Positions 28,119-36,179 of a stretch of 64,000 nucleotides of DNA are shown piece after piece. A program made the translations under genes and the position numbers. Source of the DNA: Rhodospirillales bacterium (lineage in GTDB: Bacteria > Pseudomonadota > Alphaproteobacteria > Rhodospirillales > GLO-3); NCBI GenBank assembly GCA_003354135.1, contig PIVK01000004.1, positions 31,187-95,186 on the forward strand. The letters are read 5' to 3'. How positions within the stretch are numbered: position 1 is the stretch's first letter; each line of letters starts with the position of its first letter. The notes under the pieces were generated by a model that did no database searches, had not been told where the DNA came from, and was given only the letters and a program-made list of their open reading frames with translations.

Positions 28119-28909
28119 TCGAAATTCCCCAATCATTCATAGACCGGGCCGCCGAGATCTCACGGCGTGCGGGGCGCACCATCATGGAGATCTACGAAAG
28201 CGGATTCGAGGTCGAGACCAAGGACGACAAGTCCCCCGTCACCGAAGCGGACCGTAGGGCCGAGAAGATTATCGTCCAGGCGATCCGATCCGAAATAACC
28301 GGCCTCTATCCCATTATCGCCGAGGAAGCCGCCGCAGCCGGCGACGTGCCCGACCTGACCGGGCGGAACGAGCCCTTCTGGTTGGTCGACCCCCTGGACG
28401 GCACCAAGGAGTTCATCAGAAAGAGCGGCGAGTTCACGGTCAATATCGCGCTCATCGACGCCGGGCGGCCGGTTTTGGGCGTGGTCTATGCCCCGGCAAT
28501 CGGCGAGATGTTCATCGGCGGCCCGACCGGCGCCTTTGCCGAAACGCCCGATCGCGCCCTGCATCCCATCACCTGCCGCAAGACACCTGCCGAAGGCATG
28601 ACGGCCGTCGTCAGCCGTAGCCACAAGTCGCCAGAGACCAACGACTTCCTGGCTCCCTTCGCCGTCCACGAGGAGGTGAGTGCCGGCTCGTCTCTCAAGT
28701 TCTGTCGCATTGCCATGGGCCGGGCCGACATCTACCCGCGCCTGGGCCGGACCATGGAATGGGACACGGCGGCGGGACATGCGGTTCTGGAGGCCGCCGG
28801 AGGGGCCGTGACCCGCCTCGACCGCTCTCCGTTCGACTACGGAAAGCCGGGGTTCGAAAATCCCCATTTCGTGGCCTGCGGGGCAGATATTCCCTGGCCT
28901 GAGGACTAA
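28115..28909 (+). CDS. cysQ: 3'(2'),5'-bisphosphate nucleotidase (inositol monophosphatase family)
   Basis: Contains SPVTEADRRAE, WLVDPLDGTKEF and WDTAAGHAVL. ATG 28115 forms an ATGA overlap with the amrA stop. Confidence 0.75.
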   Translation: MIEIPQSFIDRAAEISRRAGRTIMEIYESGFEVETKDDKSPVTEADRRAEKIIVQAIRSEITGLYPIIAEEAAAAGDVPDLTGRNEPFWLVDPLDGTKEFIRKSGEFTVNIALIDAGRPVLGVVYAPAIGEMFIGGPTGAFAETPDRALHPITCRKTPAEGMTAVVSRSHKSPETNDFLAPFAVHEEVSAGSSLKFCRIAMGRADIYPRLGRTMEWDTAAGHAVLEAAGGAVTRLDRSPFDYGKPGFENPHFVACGADIPWPED

Positions 28910-28957
28910 GATCGGATTTGTTTTTGTTTCGTTTTCTCTAATGTGTTTGTGTTTTTG

Positions 28958-28986
28958 TTGCGTTTACGCCGCATCTCGTCTATACT
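28958..28986 (+). promoter_or_regulatory. Candidate sigma-70-type promoter TTGCGT-N17-TATACT behind a T-rich tract
   Basis: The hexamers and the 17-nt spacer were read directly. The T/G-rich stretch at 28915-28957 could act as an UP-like element. Confidence 0.4.
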
Positions 28987-28993
28987 TCCTGTC

Positions 28994-29185
28994 GATAGCG
29001 GGGAGTGCGGGAACAGCATTAAACCCCGTCACTGACAGAGGAAGCCGATGCCGTAGTTCGGCACAAAAGAGCCGCCGTACTCCTGTACGGTGACTTCGGC
29101 CTCGGGGTCACCCACTTGCGATGGCCCGGGCCGTCGATTAGAAGGGTTGAAGGGCCGTCGCGTCACAGCGGCGGCCCTTCAGGTT
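28994..29185 (+). ncRNA. Candidate ~190-nt structured small RNA, or 5' leader of the downstream sua5/tsaC-type gene
   Basis: Bounded by the candidate promoter and a 13-bp GC-rich hairpin with a weak U-tract. It contains several internal stems and no ORF. Both ends are estimates. Confidence 0.35.
29149..29180 (+). terminator. GC-rich hairpin (GAAGGGCCGTCGC / GCGGCGGCCCTTC) followed by AGGTTTC
   Basis: A 13-bp stem (one G-U pair) and a 6-nt loop, read directly. The U-tract is short. Confidence 0.45.
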
Positions 29186-29222
29186 TCAACGCCCCTTCAA
29201 ATGCTAACGCAAGGCCCGTTCC

Positions 29223-30173
29223 GTGACCGACAGCCGGCTCCTATCCCCCTCTCCTGCTTCCCTATCCGAAGCCGCGCGGCTCCTGGGCGAGGGTAAGCTG
29301 GTTGCCTTTCCCACCGAAACAGTCTACGGCCTGGGCGCCGATGCCACCAACGATCAGGCGGTCGCAGCCATCTTTGCCGCTAAGGACAGGCCGGCCTTCA
29401 ACCCCCTCATCGTTCACATACCGGATCTCGCGGCAGCGGAGGCTCTGGTGGAATTCGACACGCGGGCCAGCACCCTGGCAGCGCGCCTCTGGCCGGGACC
29501 GCTGACCCTGGTGCTGAAGCGGCGGCGCGATTGCCCGGTGTCCCTTTTGGCAAGCGCCGGCCTGGAGACCCTGGCCGTCCGCATCCCGGCCCACGAACTC
29601 GCCCACACACTGCTGGAGACGGTGGGCTGTCCCATTGCCGCCCCCAGCGCCAACCGCTCCGAAGAGGTCAGTCCGACCCGGGCAACGCACGTTCTGCAAT
29701 CCCTGGGAGGCCGAATCGACGCCGTCCTCGACGGTGGCCCTTGCCAAGTGGGACTGGAATCGACCGTGCTCGACCTCTCCGGCCCGATGGCGACCCTATT
29801 GCGCCCCGGTGGCGTCCCGGCCGAGGACATCGAGGCAGTTACCGGACCGCTGGCCGAGGCCGGCAAGGACGCCCCTCCCAAGTCCCCCGGCCTGCTGAGC
29901 CGCCACTATGCGCCCCGGACACCGCTCAGGATGAACGCTCGCACCCCTGCGGAGGGAGAAGCCCTGCTCGCCTTCGGCCCCGACACCTCCGCCGACACCA
30001 CCCGTAACCTGAGCCCCGACGGAGACCTCACCGAAGCGGCGGCCAACCTTTTCGCCGTGCTGCGCGAACTGGATGAAGGCGGCTTCACGGGCATCGCAGT
30101 CCGGCCCATCCCCGAGGACGGCCTGGGCAGGGCGATCAATGACCGGCTGCGCCGGGCGGCGGGGCGGCGCTAA
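29223..30173 (+). CDS. L-threonylcarbamoyladenylate synthase (Sua5/YwlC/TsaC family, long form)
   Basis: Contains the YrdC-domain motif VAFPTETVYGLGADA and PSANRS. GTG start. Confidence 0.85.
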   Translation: MTDSRLLSPSPASLSEAARLLGEGKLVAFPTETVYGLGADATNDQAVAAIFAAKDRPAFNPLIVHIPDLAAAEALVEFDTRASTLAARLWPGPLTLVLKRRRDCPVSLLASAGLETLAVRIPAHELAHTLLETVGCPIAAPSANRSEEVSPTRATHVLQSLGGRIDAVLDGGPCQVGLESTVLDLSGPMATLLRPGGVPAEDIEAVTGPLAEAGKDAPPKSPGLLSRHYAPRTPLRMNARTPAEGEALLAFGPDTSADTTRNLSPDGDLTEAAANLFAVLRELDEGGFTGIAVRPIPEDGLGRAINDRLRRAAGRR

Positions 30174-30188
30174 CCCCAGCTACCGCCG

Positions 30189-32006
30189 TCAGCCTTCCAG
30201 GGCTTCGCGCAGTACCTCGAGCTCCAGCCATTCCTCCTCCATGGCGGTCAGATCGCTCCGCACCACCTCCAAACGCGCTGTTGCGGAATGGAAAGCGTCC
30301 GGGTCACGCGAGAAGAGGCCGGCATCGTGCAAGGCCTCTTCCAGCCGCGACACTTCCGTCTCAGCCCCCGCCAGAAGGTCCGGCAATTCTCCCAGACGGC
30401 GCTGGTCCTTGTAGGAGAGCTTGGTCTTGGTCTTGGCCTTGGATTTCGGCTTCTCCCTGGCCTTCTTGGGTGCAGAGACCCTGGTCGTATCCGCCTTAGC
30501 CAGTCCCGTTGCCCCCGCCTTCTGGGCCAAGTAATCCGTATAGCCGCCTGCGTATTCGACCGCCGAGCCGTCCCCCTCCATAACGATGGTCGAGGTGACG
30601 ATGCGGTCCAAGAAATCGCGGTCGTGGCTGACCAGAAGCAGGGTCCCGTCGAACTCGTCCAGAACCTCCTGCAGAAGGTCCAGGGTGTCCATGTCGAGGT
30701 CGTTGGTGGGCTCATCGAGGATCAGGAAATTGCTGGGTCTGGACAAAACCTTGGCCAACAACAGCCGGTTGCGCTCGCCACCCGAGAGCTTGCTGACCGG
30801 TGCCCGCGCATAGCGGGGGTCGAACAGGAACTCCTTCATGTAGGTGACCACGTGACGCGGCTTGCCACGGACGTCAATCTGGTCGCCCCCGGTATCGGCC
30901 AGCACGTCCCACAGCGTCTTGTCCAGGTCCAGCGCAGAGCGGGTCTGGTCAAGATAAATCGGCGTCAATCCCGTGCCCAACCGTATGGTCCCGGTGTCGG
31001 GCTCCAGGTCGCCGGTCAGCAGCCTCAAAAGCGTCGTCTTGCCCGCCCCGTTAGGCCCCATGATGCCGACCCGGTCGCCCCGCATGATGCGTGTCGAGAA
31101 CCCTTTGAGGAGGATCCGGTCGCCGAGGGTCTTGGAGATCTTCTCCGCATCAACCACCAGGCGGCCCGACCTGCTTCCCGACTCGGCTGCCAGCTTGACC
31201 CGATCCTGGGGGTCGATCCGCTTCGCCCGCTCGGCCCGCAAGGCATTCAGGCGCCTGAGCCGTCCCTCGTTCCGCCGGCGGCGCGCCGTGATGCCCTGAT
31301 GCGACCAGCGGGTCTCTTCCACAATCAGCTTTTCGAGCTTGCGGGTCTCTTCGGCCTCTCGCGCCAGAACTTCTTCGGACCAAGACTCAAAGGCGTCGAA
31401 ACCCTTCTCCAGGCGCAGCACCACGCCCCGGTCCAGCCACAGCGTGGTGCGAGTCAGGTGATCGAGGAAAGCACGATCATGGCTGACAGCCAAGAAGGCG
31501 CCACGAAAGGCCTGCAGTTCTTCCTCCAGCCATTCGATGGTCGGCAGGTCCAAATGGTTGGTGGGCTCGTCGAGCAGCAGCACGTCGGGCTCGCCCACCA
31601 GGGCGCGCGCGATGGCCGCCCGCTTGCGTTCGCCGCCCGACAGAACGTCGGGCGCCATCGCTCCATCTATTTTCAGCGCGTCAAGCAACACCTGGACGCG
31701 GTGATGCTCGTCCGCCTCGCCATGCGGCAGGCCCGCCGCCACGTAGTCCGCCAAATTGGCGTATCCCCTGAAGTCCGGTCCCTGGGGCAGATAGGCCACA
31801 TGGCAGCCGGGCTGAACGAAGACCTCGCCCGCGTCGGGTTCGACGATTCCGGCCATAATCTTCATTAGGGTCGACTTGCCCGACCCGTTGCGCCCCACCA
31901 GGCAAATGCGCTCGCCTTTGGCGACGGAGAACTCCAACCCCGGAAACAGATCTTCTCCACCCCAGGTGAGACGGACGTCCTTCAGTGCGAGCAGGGGTGG
32001 AGACAC
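30189..32006 (-). CDS. uup: ABC-F family ATPase, Uup-like
   Basis: Two ABC domains (GRNGSGKST, GPNGAGKTT; LSGGERKR, LSGGERNR) and a C-terminal coiled-coil/basic tail. Confidence 0.75.
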   Translation of the reverse strand: MSPPLLALKDVRLTWGGEDLFPGLEFSVAKGERICLVGRNGSGKSTLMKIMAGIVEPDAGEVFVQPGCHVAYLPQGPDFRGYANLADYVAAGLPHGEADEHHRVQVLLDALKIDGAMAPDVLSGGERKRAAIARALVGEPDVLLLDEPTNHLDLPTIEWLEEELQAFRGAFLAVSHDRAFLDHLTRTTLWLDRGVVLRLEKGFDAFESWSEEVLAREAEETRKLEKLIVEETRWSHQGITARRRRNEGRLRRLNALRAERAKRIDPQDRVKLAAESGSRSGRLVVDAEKISKTLGDRILLKGFSTRIMRGDRVGIMGPNGAGKTTLLRLLTGDLEPDTGTIRLGTGLTPIYLDQTRSALDLDKTLWDVLADTGGDQIDVRGKPRHVVTYMKEFLFDPRYARAPVSKLSGGERNRLLLAKVLSRPSNFLILDEPTNDLDMDTLDLLQEVLDEFDGTLLLVSHDRDFLDRIVTSTIVMEGDGSAVEYAGGYTDYLAQKAGATGLAKADTTRVSAPKKAREKPKSKAKTKTKLSYKDQRRLGELPDLLAGAETEVSRLEEALHDAGLFSRDPDAFHSATARLEVVRSDLTAMEEEWLELEVLREALEG

Positions 32007-32091
32007 GGCGCGTCCTTTCGGTCCTGGTGCTGTCCTACCCCCTGTCCCCGTCTTCCTGCAAGCGGCAAGACTGTGCTAGACATTATCTGCT

Positions 32092-33498
32092 GTGACTGAA
32101 GACGTGCTCGAAGTCATTCACGAGGTGGTGGGGGACAAGGGTTGGATCGCCGATCCGGCCGGCATGGCCTCCTACCTCGCCGAGGAACGCGGCCGGTATA
32201 CCGGAACCGCGAACGTCGTGGTGCGCCCGGCCTCGGCCATGGAAGTGGCGGAGGTCGTGCGCCTCTGCGCCCGGACAGGCCTTGAAATCGTGCCTCAGGG
32301 CGGCAACACGGGCTTGGTCGGCGGCAGTGTGGCCCGGGGAGGCATCGTGCTCTCCACCGAACGCCTGACCAAGGTTCGCGAGGTGGATACGCTCAACCAT
32401 ACCATCAACGTCGAGGCGGGTGTGATCCTGGCGGATGTGCAGCGAGCGGCGGAGGATGCAGGGGCTTTCTTCCCGCTTTCACTCGGCGCCGAGGGGAGAT
32501 GTCACATCGGCGGCACCATCGCCACCAATGCCGGCGGCACCAACGTGCTTCACTATGGCAACGTGCGGGACTTGGTGCTGGGCCTGGAAGTGGTTTTGCC
32601 CGACGGGCAGGTGTGGGACGGCATGAGGAGCCTGCGCAAAGACAACACAGGTTACGACCTGAAGCAGCTCTTCATCGGCTCCGAGGGGACTCTGGGCATC
32701 ATCACCGCAGCCCAACTGAAGCTGTTTCCCAGGCCGGTCAGCCGCGAAACCGCCTTCGTCGCCTGCGAAACCGTCAGCGCCGCGTTATCGCTATTCGAAC
32801 GGGTCCGGGAAGACCTGGGAAACACCCTGACCGGCGTCGAGTTGGTGGCACGCCGGGTGCTGGAGTTCGGCACGCGCCATATCCCGGGTGTCGCCGATCC
32901 CTTCAGCGCTCCTCACCCCTGGTACCTCCTGATCGAACTGACCAGCCCACGCCCCGACGACGACCTCAGGGGGGGGCTGGAGAAGTGCCTGGGTCCTGCC
33001 TTTGAGGACGGGACGGCCACGGATGCCGTGCTGGCCGAAAGCATTGCCCAAGGAGACGCGCTCTGGGCGATCCGCGAAGCCATCCCCGAGGCCCAGAAAC
33101 ACGAGGGCGGCAGTATCAAGCATGACGTGGCAGTGCCTGTTTCACGCGTGGCCGAGTTCGTCGAAAAGGCGACGAAAGCGGTGGAAGGTGCCCTCCCTGG
33201 CGTCCGGGTCTGCCCCTTCGGCCACATGGGTGACGGCAATCTCCACTTCAATCTGTCCCAGCCCGAGGGGATGGAAACGAAAGCCTTCCTGGCCCGCTGG
33301 GAGGAGATGAACCGCATCGTCCACGACATCGCCGTCTCCATGAACGGCACTTTCTCGGCCGAGCACGGTATCGGCATGCTAAAGAAGGACGAACTGGCGC
33401 ATTACCGTTCGCAGGTCGAACTCGATCTCATGCGTACCCTTAAGCGGGCGCTCGATCCAAACAACATCATGAACCCGGGTAAGGTCGTCGACTCCTAA
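32092..33498 (+). CDS. FAD-linked oxidase (GlcD / D-2-hydroxyacid dehydrogenase family)
   Basis: Contains the FAD_binding_4 pattern (VVRPASAMEVAEVV, VPQGGNTGLVGGS) and the C-terminal FSAEHGIG. Confidence 0.8.
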   Translation: MTEDVLEVIHEVVGDKGWIADPAGMASYLAEERGRYTGTANVVVRPASAMEVAEVVRLCARTGLEIVPQGGNTGLVGGSVARGGIVLSTERLTKVREVDTLNHTINVEAGVILADVQRAAEDAGAFFPLSLGAEGRCHIGGTIATNAGGTNVLHYGNVRDLVLGLEVVLPDGQVWDGMRSLRKDNTGYDLKQLFIGSEGTLGIITAAQLKLFPRPVSRETAFVACETVSAALSLFERVREDLGNTLTGVELVARRVLEFGTRHIPGVADPFSAPHPWYLLIELTSPRPDDDLRGGLEKCLGPAFEDGTATDAVLAESIAQGDALWAIREAIPEAQKHEGGSIKHDVAVPVSRVAEFVEKATKAVEGALPGVRVCPFGHMGDGNLHFNLSQPEGMETKAFLARWEEMNRIVHDIAVSMNGTFSAEHGIGMLKKDELAHYRSQVELDLMRTLKRALDPNNIMNPGKVVDS

Positions 33499-34073
33499 GG
33501 GCTCGTGACAAAATAACCGCTGCGGATTTCACCGGATTTTTGTTCCGACAAGGGACGCATACTGCCGGTGCCGGTTGCCATTTCCACCAGCATCTTCCGC
33601 CTGCCATACCCCATCTCCTGGCAAAGAGTGTTGATGCATTCTTTCTGATAATCGCGACCAGCGATCTTGGCATCTATCTCAATGGTGAGTGGATCAACCT
33701 TGAGCGTCCGACTTGCGGAACGCCGCTCAAGGTCTTCCTGGGAGAACACGGTTTTGACCTTGTGGGGATGTGCCTCCTTCTCCCATTCCCAGAACCAGAC
33801 CTCCTCACCGTTCGCAAGGAAGATGTAGGGGATGCCAAGTTGCTCAGCGTATCCCTTTGCCTGATCTTCCGCCTCAACGGGATTGATGGAGGCGCGCTTC
33901 GCTTCAACGACCGCCAAACTGTGTCCGTGCCGATTGCAGAGGACGTAATCTGCCTTGGTGTTGTCAGGTAGCAGATATTCGTAACGGACGCTCACGTCGT
34001 CTGTGAGATTCCATCCCACGTCCTTCAACTGGGCATCCATCTTGACGCGAGAAAATGTCTCGTTGGTATTCAT
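33495..34073 (-). pseudogene. Truncated restriction-enzyme R-subunit/helicase (HsdR-type N-terminal nuclease domain, cut at Walker A)
   Basis: A Mrr/HsdR_N-like nuclease core (ADYVL...AVVEAKR) is followed by RDYQ and MATGTG. Unrelated residues and a stop follow where the GKT and the rest of the helicase should be. Confidence 0.6.
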
Positions 34074-34301
34074 CCGCTCTTCATAGAATCTCGGGGATCG
34101 GGGCGCCATCTCAGCGTCCGTCAGATCGTCGCTGAGGAGTGGCAATCTGCTTTTAGGTGGATTGCCACCGGGGAGCACGTCGGCGTGTCTAAGCGGTGAG
34201 GAATGGTGAGGATTCAGTTGGAGGCAAGTTTGAACAAACGATGGATGGTTTCGTCCGGTTGAGGCAGACTGTCATCCACACGGAACTTGAGGTCTTTCAA
34301 A

Positions 34302-35306
34302 ATGGGCGTTTTCACGACGAATCGCAGACTTCCCGAAGTCACTTTCCAGAAGGAGAAGGATTTTGAGGAAGAGGTGTTCGCGAACTCCAAACTCTTGTTC
34401 GGTGAGAAGACCATCCTCTTGGACACCAAGACCCTCCTGAAGGGGAACCTTCTGGGAGGAACCATCCCTGACGGGTTCCTTTTTGACCTATCGGACGAGA
34501 CTGACCCAAAGTTCTATTTGATTGAAGTTGAACTGGCGAAACATAGTTTCAACAGTCATATTTTCCCCCAAATCACCAAGTTTTTTGCGTTCTTCAAGAA
34601 CCAAGAGCAGCGTCAGGACCTTACGGGGAAGTTATTTGAAATCATTAGTTCCGACAAAAAACTTCGGGGTCTGTTCAAGAAGCATCTCGGCGACCAAGAG
34701 ATTTTCAAGTTCATAAACGACGTGGTTGAAAACAGTCAGAACATTCTCATCGTGATTGATGGTGAGAAGGGCGAGATTTCGCAGATGGGCGAGGTCTATA
34801 CCGACACCTGGGGAAAGATGGTGAAACACATCGTTCTTCGGAAATACGAGGATCGTAAGGACACGGTTTATCATTTAGAACCTGATTTTGAGATCCTTGA
34901 GATCGTTGGTGATGAGAAGGTTGCGGCAGAGAGAACGAGTTACGACGAGGAACACCATACGGATGGCGTTTCTGAGAACGTCGTTGCCATTTATAGGGAG
35001 TTGAAACACAGGGTTCTGAGCATCAATCCAGAACTAGTGATAAATCCAACGAAGAGTTATATTTCAATAAAGAACGATAAAAATGTTGCATATATAAAAA
35101 TGAGCAAGAAAAAAATGAACCTTATACCTATGGTTCCAGAGAGTACTATTAGAAAACATGTCAAAAAATATACGGTGAAGTCATTCCCTGCGAGCGTAAA
35201 AAAGTTTTGGAACGGAGATTGTGCGGACATTGTGATTGAGCATGGGGACGGGATGGACGAACTGATCAACGTCCTTACTCCGATCATCCAAGCAGAGGAA
35301 GACTAA
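34302..35306 (+). CDS. Hypothetical protein, possible PD-(D/E)xK-like nuclease N-domain; visibly low GC
   Basis: Contains IPDGFLFD and YLIEVELAKH, which resemble a restriction-endonuclease-fold signature. The sequence is K/E/I/N-rich, unlike the neighbouring genes. Confidence 0.5.
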   Translation: MGVFTTNRRLPEVTFQKEKDFEEEVFANSKLLFGEKTILLDTKTLLKGNLLGGTIPDGFLFDLSDETDPKFYLIEVELAKHSFNSHIFPQITKFFAFFKNQEQRQDLTGKLFEIISSDKKLRGLFKKHLGDQEIFKFINDVVENSQNILIVIDGEKGEISQMGEVYTDTWGKMVKHIVLRKYEDRKDTVYHLEPDFEILEIVGDEKVAAERTSYDEEHHTDGVSENVVAIYRELKHRVLSINPELVINPTKSYISIKNDKNVAYIKMSKKKMNLIPMVPESTIRKHVKKYTVKSFPASVKKFWNGDCADIVIEHGDGMDELINVLTPIIQAEED

Positions 35307-35330
35307 TCATCTGTTTGGAAGTTCCCCGCG

Positions 35331-35650
35331 ATGTCATCGTTGAACCCCATCAGAACCCTGACCAATCCACCGATTCTCTATTCCCGGTCAGCAGTCCTTT
35401 CCAAACCCAGTCCCGTCCCACCGGAGTGGGGTGTCTATGCGTGGTTCTTCAAGGAAATCCCTGGCACCACACCAACGGACGGGTGCGTGACCAAGGACGG
35501 TCTGACCCTTCTCTATGTCGGCATATCCCCGGATAAGGTCGGCAAACCCGACAGCAAGGCAACCTGCGCAATAGACTGCGAACCCACTACGGTGGGAAGC
35601 GGATGACCTTCACCCACCTTGGTGAGCAGTGGTTGTGTAAACGGCGGTGA
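35331..35650 (+). pseudogene. GIY-YIG-like nuclease gene, frameshifted and truncated
   Basis: GVYAWFF and LLYVGIS lie in one frame. The expected continuation NLRNRLRTHYGG appears in a different frame from about 35563 and stops at 35650. Confidence 0.55.
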
Positions 35651-35689
35651 CAAATCCCGCCGCTTCCGTGGCCTAATTTGTCACCGCCG
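35642..35689. repeat. 14-bp perfect inverted repeat (CGGCGGTGACAAAT / ATTTGTCACCGCCG) with a 20-nt loop
   Basis: Read directly. It lies at the junction between the GIY-YIG remnant and the receiver-domain remnant. Confidence 0.85.
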
Positions 35690-36027
35690 CTTACGTTGAA
35701 ACGGTTCTCACCGGCAAAGAGGCGCAGGAAGAAATCCGAAAAGATGTTTCCCGCTACGACATTGTCGTGACGAACCAGATCATGCCTGACATGTCCGGCG
35801 TCGAACTCGTTCAGTGGATACCCATCACTCGCCCTGACTTGCCGGTGATCCTGTGCAGCGGGAATTTGCCGCAAGTTTCGGACAGTCTGGCCGACATAGG
35901 CATCCACCATTTCCTGCAGAAGCCGTTTGACTTCCACGACCTAGCCAAAGCCATCCGCAAGATCCTGGATGATCCGGATCGCTCCTGCAACGGTTCGGGG
36001 CAACCGGATTCCGCATCGGAATCGTGA
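35677..36027 (+). pseudogene. Response-regulator receiver domain fragment (N-terminus missing, phospho-acceptor Asp replaced by Asn)
   Basis: Contains DIVVTNQIMPDMSG (expected D-x-x-M-P), PVILCSG and FLQKPF. The beta1/acidic pocket is missing, and there is no start codon for the full domain. Confidence 0.5.
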
Positions 36028-36179
36028 GGCCCCCGCGCCCGGACGGGCTGCGGAGCAAAAGCGAGAGCGCTGGTCTTCACACCTTCGGAGAGGAACAACA
36101 GGGCGTTCGGGTCCCCGTCGATGAACATGACAGGTCACAGAAAACCATCAGAACCTTTCTAATTGATTGGTACTGACGA

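Noticed and set aside
28990-29190. Whether the structured intergenic RNA candidate is SRP RNA, 6S RNA, tmRNA or RNase P RNA.
   Set aside because: I could not find the conserved motifs I remember for these RNAs: no SRP GGAAGCAGCC-type domain IV, no tmRNA tag ORF, no RNase P GGAAAGUCCGG-type core, and no 6S-like end-to-end closing stem.
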